DNA from: an uncultured virus (IMG/VR IMGVR_UViG_3300023210_000030)
Taxonomy: Duplodnaviria > Heunggongvirae > Uroviricota > Caudoviricetes > Crassvirales
Direction: 5' to 3' (one strand)
DNA length: 64,000 bases
Virus record (IMG/VR): IMGVR_UViG_3300023210_000030
The notes below the pieces were generated by a model. The model made no database searches, had not been told where the DNA came from, and saw only the letters and a list, made by a program, of their open reading frames with translations. The position numbers and the translations under genes were made by a program. This document shows, piece by piece, positions 30,522-40,137 of the stretch (the first letter of the stretch is position 1; the number at the start of each line of letters is the position of its first letter).

Positions 30522-31442
30522 TTATTTCAACCATTTGTCTTTACCTCTCATATTCATTAAAAGTCTTCCTGGTTGAATATTACTTAACCTAATTTTTGCA
30601 TTACGTAATAATGAAGATTTATCTTTTCTACTTCTATTAACAACATATTCTTGAACACCTAATTTGTTGTTTAGTAATGAGTATCTAATATATGCATATA
30701 AATATTCTTCAAATAATTTATTTACACTAATAGATGTATCATCACCACTATTCATGCCATCTGAAATATACTCCATAACTACAGAAGATCCTGACATTCC
30801 TGAGCTAAAATATATAGCTCCTGATTGTCTGTCTATAGTAAACGTTGGATTGATATTTGCTGTTTCAGTATTTAAACCAAATCTCCCTCCAATAGCAAAA
30901 GAAAAATACCAATCTCCATCACAACAATATCCTAATTGCCCATTATAAGGCCCAGGTCCTAAATACATTGTTTGTCCACCACCTTTTATACGATCAAGGT
31001 CTAAAAGTGAATTGGCTGGTCTTAAAGCAGTTCCATTAGCATCAAATAAAACTTCAGCAGTTGCATCTTGCAAATAACTCTGAGCATACATTGTTTGAAT
31101 GTTTTCTGATAAAGGAAATAAAGTTCCTTGTTTATATTGTGATATTCTTACATAATTAACATAATCAGGTGGTAAAACAAATCGTATTTGAGAGTCTACA
31201 GTCATTTGTAGAATCTTAATTTGTTTCATAGCATCATAATTTAACTCTTGAATACCTCTTTTTGCATGAAATAAAACTTGATATCTTTCTACGTTATTTA
31301 TTATTTCATTATTTCCTTGATACATTAACATAAAATTGGAAACAATATCATCTAAGCCAACATATTGATATGAACCCCAATTTTTTTCTGTTGGGTTAAC
31401 ACCATTATTTTCATAATATTTATAATCACTAATATATCCCAT
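30522..31442 (-). CDS. tail ring/adaptor protein
   Basis: LPPDYVNYVRIS motif; lies between the capsid and nozzle genes. Confidence 0.65.
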   Translation of the reverse strand: MGYISDYKYYENNGVNPTEKNWGSYQYVGLDDIVSNFMLMYQGNNEIINNVERYQVLFHAKRGIQELNYDAMKQIKILQMTVDSQIRFVLPPDYVNYVRISQYKQGTLFPLSENIQTMYAQSYLQDATAEVLFDANGTALRPANSLLDLDRIKGGGQTMYLGPGPYNGQLGYCCDGDWYFSFAIGGRFGLNTETANINPTFTIDRQSGAIYFSSGMSGSSVVMEYISDGMNSGDDTSISVNKLFEEYLYAYIRYSLLNNKLGVQEYVVNRSRKDKSSLLRNAKIRLSNIQPGRLLMNMRGKDKWLK

Positions 31443-31445
31443 TTC

Positions 31446-32417
31446 TTATACTTGTATTTGATTATCCTGAACTTCTTCTGTTTGTCCAAATTTATACACC
31501 ATATCTTCTCTTATTTCTATTCCTACATATTGACATATTTTTGCTATTAAGCCTGGTTTGTCTGATTCAGGTAATTCAAAATCTTGAAATCCGCTTAAAC
31601 TTGGATTAAATAAAGGCGCTCCTCCTACAAGTAAAGTATTATACGTCCATGCAGGTGCTAAAGGATATCTAACATATTGAGCTTTTATTTCTCCATTATT
31701 CATTATAGTTGAAGGATAAACTGTAATTGTGTTTCCTCCTAAAACATATGAAGGAAATTGTTTTGTTGGTGCTGTTAATGTTGAACTTGTTAAATAAAAT
31801 ATTTTATTTTGACTAACTCTTTCAACTTCCGTTATGTTAGTATTATCATATATAGAATAAGTTTCTCCACCTAATGCAACTAAAAATATTGAATCAGACA
31901 AAGTAAGTTGATTTGTAGTAGGAACAGCTGTTACATAAGCTTCAGCTAAAGCCCCTGCAGTAGTGTTTATTACCAAACTACTGGTAGGTGGAAATTGAGC
32001 AATATTAAACCCACCCAATGGTGTAAATGGTGTGCCTGTAGAATCTAACGTATTAGGTAAATTACCTAAAGCAGTAGTTCCGTTTGCTAATAAAGATGGA
32101 TAATAAAATATTTTATTTATTAAATAATAATCAGCAGGTAAATTAAATGTATTAGAATTTGCTTGAGTTAAAAAAACTTCTTTTGAAAATGAATCTATTA
32201 CCTCTACTAAGCCTTTTACAATATCAGCATATCCTGTTCCTGATTGCCTTTTATTTTCTTTATTAATCCATTGATTATACTGATAAAAATAATCCTCATA
32301 TATATCCAACTGCGCTTGAGTTGCATATAAATTAAAATCTTGAGGAGACAAATATCCGTAATTATTTTTATTAATAATTGCTAATACTGTATTCCTAACT
32401 TCATTTATCATAGCCAT
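31446..32417 (-). CDS. tail ring/adaptor protein with an inserted beta module
   Basis: VLAIINKNNYGYLSPQDFNLYA..AQ, FNLPADYY, YVRYPLAPAW, DFELP. Confidence 0.65.
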   Translation of the reverse strand: MAMINEVRNTVLAIINKNNYGYLSPQDFNLYATQAQLDIYEDYFYQYNQWINKENKRQSGTGYADIVKGLVEVIDSFSKEVFLTQANSNTFNLPADYYLINKIFYYPSLLANGTTALGNLPNTLDSTGTPFTPLGGFNIAQFPPTSSLVINTTAGALAEAYVTAVPTTNQLTLSDSIFLVALGGETYSIYDNTNITEVERVSQNKIFYLTSSTLTAPTKQFPSYVLGGNTITVYPSTIMNNGEIKAQYVRYPLAPAWTYNTLLVGGAPLFNPSLSGFQDFELPESDKPGLIAKICQYVGIEIREDMVYKFGQTEEVQDNQIQV

Positions 32418-32440
32418 AAAAAATACTTTTTAATCTTTTA

Positions 32441-32448
32441 CAAATATA
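32441..32448 (-). promoter_or_regulatory. Bacteroidota sigma70 -7 element
   Basis: TATATTTG on the - strand between the terminator and the ATG at 32417. Confidence 0.65.
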
Positions 32449-32450
32449 GC

Positions 32451-32484
32451 AAAAAAAAAGAGGCTACTTTTTTTGTAGCCTCTT
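32451..32484 (-). terminator. intrinsic terminator
   Basis: AAGAGGCTAC/GTAGCCTCTT stem with a T-tract on the - strand. Confidence 0.85.
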
Positions 32485-32504
32485 CTTAATATTGTGTAAT
32501 TTGG

Positions 32505-33755
32505 TTAGCCTACAACTACTGATTCAACTACAACTTGACTACCGCCAAAGATTGGCATTAGCACTCTTGTTACCGCTGGGCCAGGAGGTTCAGGAAGATT
32601 AATTCCCACTGCACCTCTAACTAAAGCAGTTTCAATAGCTGATGAAACAAGTCTACCCGTTCCTTGATCAGAATGAGTAATAGTAATTGTGTCAGCTGCC
32701 GTATTTATAGAATTCAGATTAACAAGTGTAGTAAAGTTATCACCTCCTCTATCTGTAGATATAATTGAATCTATATTATACATTTTATTAGAAGATGAAG
32801 ATTGGTCAAAAATAGTATAAGCATCAGTATCTCCAAACATTACTGTTGATGAAGTAGTAATTCTAAAGTCATCTACAATAGATAATATAGTTCCCGTAAC
32901 ACCATCTGTAGTATTATCCACCACATCATCTGTAGTAACAGTTGTTAAAAAAGATTGTGTAGAATCATATATTTGAGTTGCTAAAGGTCTTATTTCAAAA
33001 GTATCATCATAACCACCAGGAGCTGTAAAAAGATCAGTAGATATCAATACAGCAGTTTCCGCATTTACTCCTGTAACTGGAGCCAATACAGTAGTTCCAC
33101 TACCTCTTGTTGTATTAGCAACAATATCTCCTGCTTGTATTTTACGACTTGAAAAATTTGCTCCTGTACTATTTAACACACCAAGTTTTCTAATAAAGTA
33201 AGACTCACCACCTACAGGAAAATTTGCTGCTGCCAATGTTAATTCTGTATCACTTTGAATTGACTGAACAGAAGTTACATTTAAAGATGCATTATAAACA
33301 ATGTCGTTATTTTGAACAGGATTTGTTCCTGTTAAAAACAAAGCAGAAGCATCATTTATTTTTGTTGGTGCTGTTGAATTACTTATAGTTGCAATAGTAT
33401 AAGTTGCAAGACCATCACCAGTTGTAATAGTACCTGTGTCTCCTATAGAATAACCTGATCCTACAACAACTACTGCTATAGTGTTAACGTCTACTACTCC
33501 ACCTGTTTGGGTAAATGTTACAAGCATTCCTGTACCACTACCTGGTTGTGCGCCTCCTGTAACTGTAGCCACACCTCCACCTGGAGGTGTAGGGTAGCCC
33601 ACTCCACCTGCAGCATTAGTAGCTGTTGCTGCATTTCCTAACGATGAGTTGGTTCCACTAACCATTGCATTAGCATTCCTTGAAGGAATTACATTTGTCA
33701 TTGTACCAGAGACTGCTTGAGCGTTTACTGGTATTTCTAAATATTTTGCTGACAT
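32505..33755 (-). CDS. putative capsid decoration/structural protein with inserted repeat modules
   Basis: Thr/Gly/Val-rich; N- and C-termini resemble the 120-aa neighbour; three D-x-V-x-N(T/A) repeats and a GSGY module. Confidence 0.65.
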   Translation of the reverse strand: MSAKYLEIPVNAQAVSGTMTNVIPSRNANAMVSGTNSSLGNAATATNAAGGVGYPTPPGGGVATVTGGAQPGSGTGMLVTFTQTGGVVDVNTIAVVVVGSGYSIGDTGTITTGDGLATYTIATISNSTAPTKINDASALFLTGTNPVQNNDIVYNASLNVTSVQSIQSDTELTLAAANFPVGGESYFIRKLGVLNSTGANFSSRKIQAGDIVANTTRGSGTTVLAPVTGVNAETAVLISTDLFTAPGGYDDTFEIRPLATQIYDSTQSFLTTVTTDDVVDNTTDGVTGTILSIVDDFRITTSSTVMFGDTDAYTIFDQSSSSNKMYNIDSIISTDRGGDNFTTLVNLNSINTAADTITITHSDQGTGRLVSSAIETALVRGAVGINLPEPPGPAVTRVLMPIFGGSQVVVESVVVG

Positions 33756-33779
33756 ATTATTATTTTTTTTAAGTTAATA

Positions 33780-34142
33780 TTATGACCAAGCAATACCAGT
33801 TATTACAACGTTTGTATTTGCAGCAAGGGCTGGTAATTCCGCAAATCCAGGTACAAAAAATTGTGCTGTTGGAGTTGTCCATCCTGTTGATAATGCTCTT
33901 GCAATAGAGTCAACAAATAAGTTTCTCATTGCTCTACATTGCTCAGGGTTTGCAGCTGAGTAAGCTGGTAAAGCTGAGTGAGTTACTGTTAAAGTTGTAT
34001 ATCCTGCCGCTTGATTAGCAAAGTTAATTGTTACTGTTGCATTTGTTGCTTGTTCTACAGCCATTACGTTTGTACATGGCATTAAAAGGTCTCCTCCCGC
34101 AATTGTTGCTGCGTTAGAATTAATTAAAAGAAATTTTTCCAT
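33780..34142 (-). CDS. putative capsid decoration/structural protein
   Basis: 120 aa, Ala/Thr-rich, downstream of the major capsid gene; TATATTTG element at 34179-34186 (-). Confidence 0.6.
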   Translation of the reverse strand: MEKFLLINSNAATIAGGDLLMPCTNVMAVEQATNATVTINFANQAAGYTTLTVTHSALPAYSAANPEQCRAMRNLFVDSIARALSTGWTTPTAQFFVPGFAELPALAANTNVVITGIAWS

Positions 34143-34192
34143 AATAAAAATAAGATTAAGGGGTTAGTTAATAAAGTACAAATATAGAGAAA

Positions 34193-34951
34193 TTAATCCT
34201 CTTGATTTAAGCTCTTTTTTAACATTTTATAAGACTCTATTCCTTCATCACTTTGAAAATAAGATGCTACAATATAATAAGGATCTTCTCCAAAAGGCAC
34301 CGTTAACATACGTTTTTTATTTTTCTTATAATTAAAATGTACGTCTTTTTGATTGTTTTTAAATTGCAATACATTTGAACTAAACATTTGAATTACAGTG
34401 TCTTGAAGTTCTAACATAGGGTCATTTAATATATTCATAAAATCTTCTGGAGACTCTTTAGAAAACATTAAAACATCTCTTTTTAATTCTGCTGTTGACA
34501 TTTTATCTACACTACCTCCTAAGAAAACTCTACATACAGTTACAAGTTTATCTATAGATAATTCTTTAGCCATAATTTGAGCGTTAAGTTGCATTTCTGC
34601 TAACTCTAACTCTTCTTGAGCATCTCGTGCATTATTTATTTCTTCAAATACCATGCCGTTTTGTGGATGATAATGTAAAAATTGTTGTAAAACTTGATTT
34701 TGTTTTTCAACAGTTAAAAACCCATCTTCAAATACTACAGGCTCTAATATTGCATTGCCATCTTGCTCATCTTCAAAAGGGGACTTTTGATTACGTGCAT
34801 AACGTAATGGTCTGTTTGTCCCTTTTTCTTCGTCAAAATGTAATAATGGAAATCGTGATGAATGTCTTGACGCTAACATATAAGATAATGGAGCGTCTTG
34901 TCTTGTTAATCTATAAGATTTAGATAAAAATTTTTCGTTTGGTTTTTTCAT
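34193..34951 (-). CDS. hypothetical head-associated protein
   Basis: 252-aa ORF directly after the capsid terminator. Confidence 0.75.
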   Translation of the reverse strand: MKKPNEKFLSKSYRLTRQDAPLSYMLASRHSSRFPLLHFDEEKGTNRPLRYARNQKSPFEDEQDGNAILEPVVFEDGFLTVEKQNQVLQQFLHYHPQNGMVFEEINNARDAQEELELAEMQLNAQIMAKELSIDKLVTVCRVFLGGSVDKMSTAELKRDVLMFSKESPEDFMNILNDPMLELQDTVIQMFSSNVLQFKNNQKDVHFNYKKNKKRMLTVPFGEDPYYIVASYFQSDEGIESYKMLKKSLNQED

Positions 34952-34980
34952 GATAATAATATTTAATTTAATTTAATTTT

Positions 34981-35010
34981 AAAAATAAAGGGGGGACGAA
35001 TCCCCCCTTA
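34981..35010 (-). terminator. intrinsic terminator after the major capsid gene
   Basis: GGGGGGA-TTCG-TCCCCCC on the - strand (UUCG loop) followed by a T-rich tail. Confidence 0.85.
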
Positions 35011-35026
35011 ATTAATTTACTACTGT

Positions 35027-36466
35027 TTAAGAATTGAACAAGAAGAAGTTATTTGCACCTAAAGTACAAACTGCTCTTTCTGTCAAGAAGTTTACTGTCA
35101 TTGCATCTAAATCAGATGTTGCAGCTCCTCCTGCTGACCCTGTAATCCAAGTCTTGTAACGTCTGTCTTCAGTTTCAGAAGCTCTGTATCTAACGTGTAA
35201 GAATGGTCTCTTAGCATTTTTACCTAAGATTTGGTCATAAACTGAAGTTGATCCTGCAGGAACTAAAAGTCCATTCACACCACCACCAGTTAAACCACCT
35301 CTCATTGTAGGATCATTTAGATATTTCCAGTCAGACTTGTAAAAGTCATAACCTCTTCTAAATCCTGTAAAACCTAAGTTTAAAGCCATTTCCTTATCAT
35401 TGTCAAATAGACCATATGAAGTTCCACCCGCTCCGTAAGAGTTTTGTGCAGCTAACATATCATCAATATCAAATGAGAAGTTTCTATTTACAAAAATTAC
35501 ATTTTCTTCAATAGCACCTTGCTTATCAAGTCTTTGAATCATAGAATCAAAACCTGCAAGAGTAGTTGGGTTTCCTCCACCCCAAACATTTCCTCTATTG
35601 TTTACTGCAAAGAATACACCTTCAGAACCAGCGTGTGGGAATGCACCCCCTGTAGCTGAACTTAAGAAAGCTTCTGCACCAGAACCTGTTCCCGCAGGTA
35701 CAGCTTCAATCATTGCAGTTTCCATGTAGTCTTCAAAACGTAGTCTTGTCTCATGCTCAGACTTTAAGTACCATAGGTATCCGTTAGCACCATTTTCAGT
35801 TTGGATTTCTACCCAACCGATTTGAGCCATATCAGAACCAGAAACTTGGTAAGTATCTTTCATAATAATAGGCTTATTAGAAAAGAATACATCATCTGCT
35901 TCTAAAGAACCTTGCATTCCAAGAGATCCTTTTGCAAATTCTGAACCGTAAACAAATACAGTTAAAGTTTGACCTGTTCCAAAAGTTTGTCCACCTGCTT
36001 CGTAATACTCTACTTGAAAAGTATTAGCGCCTGGAGTTGGAGCAACAGAAATAACACCTTTATTAGATAATGTTGAGCCAGGTGTGTTATCAGAAATCAT
36101 AACTGTTTGACCTGCTCTTAATCCAATACTTGTTTGATTAGCAACCAAACCTGGTATGTTTGTATCACTTATTGTTATTACTGCTGTATTTACACCTGCT
36201 GCACCTGCTGAAGCACAGTCTACATATTTAGTATGTAATCGTCCTTGTTCAGCCCACTTAATCATATCTGAGTTAGTTGGCATTTCAGCACCTACCATTC
36301 TTAAGAATGATGCTACTGTTCTATTTCCATAACGTTCAAATTCCTTTTCATAAGTATCTGGAAGATACTGATTTAAGAAATCAAAGTTTGTTATGTAGTT
36401 TGTTGATAACACTTGCTTCTGAGCCGATGGCTGTAAAGCAAATGTTGGGTTTAATTGTACTGACAT
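35027..36466 (-). CDS. major capsid protein
   Basis: 479 aa after portal and scaffold, followed by a strong terminator; QYLPD.YEKEFERYGNRT, WAEQGRLH motifs recalled from Flavobacteriia podovirus capsids. Confidence 0.85.
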   Translation of the reverse strand: MSVQLNPTFALQPSAQKQVLSTNYITNFDFLNQYLPDTYEKEFERYGNRTVASFLRMVGAEMPTNSDMIKWAEQGRLHTKYVDCASAGAAGVNTAVITISDTNIPGLVANQTSIGLRAGQTVMISDNTPGSTLSNKGVISVAPTPGANTFQVEYYEAGGQTFGTGQTLTVFVYGSEFAKGSLGMQGSLEADDVFFSNKPIIMKDTYQVSGSDMAQIGWVEIQTENGANGYLWYLKSEHETRLRFEDYMETAMIEAVPAGTGSGAEAFLSSATGGAFPHAGSEGVFFAVNNRGNVWGGGNPTTLAGFDSMIQRLDKQGAIEENVIFVNRNFSFDIDDMLAAQNSYGAGGTSYGLFDNDKEMALNLGFTGFRRGYDFYKSDWKYLNDPTMRGGLTGGGVNGLLVPAGSTSVYDQILGKNAKRPFLHVRYRASETEDRRYKTWITGSAGGAATSDLDAMTVNFLTERAVCTLGANNFFLFNS

Positions 36467-36488
36467 AATTGTTTAATTTTTTTAAAAT

Positions 36489-37643
36489 TTATACTCGGTT
36501 TATACTTCTAATTTTAAGTCCTCTACCACTGTCTGTATTTCCAACTGCTCTTATTTTTAAGCCGTCTTTAGATACACTTTGAGAAGCTTGTCTAACCTCC
36601 ATATCAATGTTTTTTGATTTTTTTGAAACATTGTCTACAGCGTCAGTCATGCCTTGTTCGTAAAAAAACTTAGCGTATTTTTCAGGATTCATTGCTATTG
36701 ATAACGCTTTATGATATCCTTTTGCATCATTAATTAAACCTTCTTTGTCCATATATTTGTTAACGAAATTGTTAACGTCTTTTTGAACATTTTTTAGTTC
36801 TGATGCATCGCCAGGCTTGTAAGTAAAATTTTTATCCCCTACATTAAATTCAAAACCTTTGAACTCATTGTTGAAAACCTCATCAGTTTTCTTGAGAAAC
36901 CAATCATACTTCTTTTTTTGAACTTCTTGCACAGTATTAGATTCATCTATATAACTCTTATAAGCATTAAATTTTTCTCTGTCTTTATCAGATAACCCAC
37001 CCCCACTTGACTCAAGAGGAATTTTATATTTATCTTTTTGATCATTGAAATACTTCTTTGCTTTCGCAAGTTCTCTTTTTTTAGCTAACTTTCTTTTTTT
37101 AATATCTCTTGGCTCATCTAACTCTTCGTCAAAACTAAATTTATCTTCCAATAAATCTTGAATATCAAAAGTATCCAAACCTTCTTCAATATTAGCATAG
37201 TAATTAGCTAAAACTTGATCATCTTCCATGATACTGTAGTCTTTTTGTAAATTATAAAAGTCTTCAATACCACGTCCTGTTTCTTTTTTATACTTTAAAT
37301 AAGTAGACACATCTTCAGGTAATTCATCGTTGTCTTTTGTTTGCGCAAACAAATCATCTACTGAAGAGATGTCTTTATCATACCTATTTTTAATATAAGA
37401 AAGCACATCTTCGTCACTTAACTCTGACGAGGGAGTTTTTTCTGGTTCAATAACTTCCTCTACTACTTGTTCTTTTGGTTCTTCTGTAGGCTCTGTTACT
37501 TCTTCCTTTTTATTTTTTAAGTCAACTTCTTCTGATTGCATTTCATTCTCATGCTTTTTCAAAAGTTCTGATTCTATTTCTTGTTTAGATTTGTTGTCAT
37601 CAACAAATTCTACTGCCTTAACTTTAATGTTATCTAAGTTCAT
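36489..37643 (-). CDS. putative capsid scaffolding protein
   Basis: Acidic, charged helical protein between portal and capsid; TAACTTTG element at 37666-37673 (-). Confidence 0.7.
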   Translation of the reverse strand: MNLDNIKVKAVEFVDDNKSKQEIESELLKKHENEMQSEEVDLKNKKEEVTEPTEEPKEQVVEEVIEPEKTPSSELSDEDVLSYIKNRYDKDISSVDDLFAQTKDNDELPEDVSTYLKYKKETGRGIEDFYNLQKDYSIMEDDQVLANYYANIEEGLDTFDIQDLLEDKFSFDEELDEPRDIKKRKLAKKRELAKAKKYFNDQKDKYKIPLESSGGGLSDKDREKFNAYKSYIDESNTVQEVQKKKYDWFLKKTDEVFNNEFKGFEFNVGDKNFTYKPGDASELKNVQKDVNNFVNKYMDKEGLINDAKGYHKALSIAMNPEKYAKFFYEQGMTDAVDNVSKKSKNIDMEVRQASQSVSKDGLKIRAVGNTDSGRGLKIRSINRV

Positions 37644-37698
37644 ATTTTATTTAATTTAATTTATACAAAGTTAATAATTATATTAACGGTTATTTAAG

Positions 37699-40137
37699 CT
37701 ATCTTGGGTCAAATTCTGCAAGGTCAAACCCGTCCATACTATCTTCATTTGACTCAAAATTTATAGGAGGCAAATTATTTTTTCTTTGATCAATTAATCT
37801 TGACTGTTCTGAAGATTGCTGACTAATTCTTTGATTTTTTGAAGTTTCTCTATTTTGTTCTCTTGCGTCTATTTGAGATTGTTCAATACCTTTTAACTGC
37901 ATATTCATTTGAAATTCTACTTGCATTAAAGATTCTTTCAAAGCAGCTTCGTTTTTCATTTTTTCAATTTCAAAACCTATCTCTGCTTGTTTAACTTGCA
38001 TTGCTGATTGAGTTTCCATTTGAATTTTTTGCATTGCAATTTGCGCAGCTGCTTGTTGAGACTGCATATTTAATTGTGCTTGCATTTGTTGTTCTTGTTG
38101 CTTTTGCTGCTGGTCTTGCAATTGTTTTTGTTTACGTTTTACTTTTAACAATTGATTACCCATCTTAATGTTTTTTATTTCTCTAATATCAATAGCGTCT
38201 TCTAAATTTATATCTCCTTTAGAAAGAGCTGTTTGAATGTTAGATTCTAATAAAGCTTGTTCTTCTTCATCAGGAGATACTTCAATAAAAATACCAAAAT
38301 CATATATGTAAAGATTTTTAATATCATTTAAAATACCTACATTATATTTTCCTATTTGTTGAGTAAATTCGTCAGCAAAATCAGAATACTCTAAAACATC
38401 TGCTGTCCTAATTGATAATGCTTCTGCTAATGTTTGTGTTAAATATAAACTTCCTTCTAATATATGTCTTGTTGCTGTATTACTATTTAATGCAGCTAAT
38501 TTTTGAACTCCTACTAAAGAATTAGCATCAGGCATACTACCATCTCTTGCTTCATTTAAACCTGTTACTTGTCTAATCATACTCATATAATGATTATAAT
38601 TACCAATTAACATTTGCATTTTTTGTGAACCACTTGATGACGTAAGTTGTGTAATAGGAATTTTTGCATTATTAAATTCACCATCTTGAGTAAAACTTCT
38701 ACCAATAACACTACCTGTTTGAAAATATAATCTTAATGCATCTTCAGGATTGTAGGCATTTCCTGTTCCTAAATCTACTTCATTTAATCCGTCTGCGTCA
38801 ATAAATACACCATCAGGAACTACTCTTGAAATAACTTGTTGTAGTTTTAAATGAGTCATTTGTATTAAATCAGTAAAAGGTATCATTCTTCTTACTAAAG
38901 ATTCAATATTTCCTTTATACATTCTTGGAGCAGTAGCTACATAATTAGGCATAGCATACTGACTTGCAGATTGTGGCCTAACCATATTTTTAGCCAATTC
39001 CCATTTCAATATAATATTTGTTCCCATAACCATTACACCATCATACCAAACATCTATTTTTTTAGTAACTTTCTCAAAATTACCTTCTTCCATCATTTCT
39101 TCGGGAGGATTAAACTCGTCTGTTTTAGGAACTACTTTATAATTTCCTGTAGCTGTTTGTTTCTTTTTATATACAAAAGTATTTGTTGTTTTATAATTAA
39201 AATATAAAAGAGTTACAGTATCTCTATAAAACATAGAGTTTTCATACATTGCAGCTACATTATAATATTGATACCAAGCTTGACTGTATTTTGATATTTC
39301 TTCTAAATCTTCATTTGTTAAATCAGGATTTATTTTTAATAACTCTCCAATTGGAATAGTTTTAATTTCTCCCCAATAAAAACAATCTTTAAAATAAGGA
39401 TCTTCTGTATAACTATAAACAATGTTAGCAGGGTCAACATAATCTACTTTAATTCCATCTCCTAACTGAAACATATGTTTACATACAGAAATTCCTAAAG
39501 TCATTAAATCCATATCACATCTTTTACGGATTTGTGCATAATGATTTTCTTCTAATAAAGTATTTATTGCAACTTCATTTGCTATTTCTATAGCAGGCTT
39601 GTAATTCATTTGCATATATAACTCCATTTCTAAGTCGCTTTCTGGCAACTCATCAGGGTTCATGCTAAATAATTTTACATCAAAATCTTTTTCTATTTGT
39701 TTAAATAAGTCTTTAGATATAACACTTTTTTCAACCATATTTTGAAACTCACCTCTTTTTTCAGAAGACATGGCATCTTGTGCATAAGCTTTTACTGTAA
39801 ACAATCTGTCCGACATACCGTTTACAACTATATCAACAAATTTAGGTATAACAGGAACTGGTGTCCAATCTAAATTTAAATAAGATAAATCTCCGTCTAC
39901 AGCTAATTCATTCTTATATTTTGCAATAGACTGCTCGCCTCTTGCATATAATCTTAATCTATTAAATTCTGCCCATTGACTGTAAAACCTACATTGTTGA
40001 ACTCCTTCTCTTCTGAACCACTCATACTGAATTGCTTGACCTACTTGCAGTCCAAATTCTTTTGTTGCTTTTTTTGAATCTGAAACAAATTGATCAGGAA
40101 ATGCTGCAGATTTTATGTCTATTGTAATTCCTTTCAT
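37699..40137 (-). CDS. portal protein
   Basis: 812 aa directly after the terminase; LDWTPVPVIPKFVDIVVNG; Gln-rich C-terminal barrel-like coil. Confidence 0.85.
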   Translation of the reverse strand: MKGITIDIKSAAFPDQFVSDSKKATKEFGLQVGQAIQYEWFRREGVQQCRFYSQWAEFNRLRLYARGEQSIAKYKNELAVDGDLSYLNLDWTPVPVIPKFVDIVVNGMSDRLFTVKAYAQDAMSSEKRGEFQNMVEKSVISKDLFKQIEKDFDVKLFSMNPDELPESDLEMELYMQMNYKPAIEIANEVAINTLLEENHYAQIRKRCDMDLMTLGISVCKHMFQLGDGIKVDYVDPANIVYSYTEDPYFKDCFYWGEIKTIPIGELLKINPDLTNEDLEEISKYSQAWYQYYNVAAMYENSMFYRDTVTLLYFNYKTTNTFVYKKKQTATGNYKVVPKTDEFNPPEEMMEEGNFEKVTKKIDVWYDGVMVMGTNIILKWELAKNMVRPQSASQYAMPNYVATAPRMYKGNIESLVRRMIPFTDLIQMTHLKLQQVISRVVPDGVFIDADGLNEVDLGTGNAYNPEDALRLYFQTGSVIGRSFTQDGEFNNAKIPITQLTSSSGSQKMQMLIGNYNHYMSMIRQVTGLNEARDGSMPDANSLVGVQKLAALNSNTATRHILEGSLYLTQTLAEALSIRTADVLEYSDFADEFTQQIGKYNVGILNDIKNLYIYDFGIFIEVSPDEEEQALLESNIQTALSKGDINLEDAIDIREIKNIKMGNQLLKVKRKQKQLQDQQQKQQEQQMQAQLNMQSQQAAAQIAMQKIQMETQSAMQVKQAEIGFEIEKMKNEAALKESLMQVEFQMNMQLKGIEQSQIDAREQNRETSKNQRISQQSSEQSRLIDQRKNNLPPINFESNEDSMDGFDLAEFDPR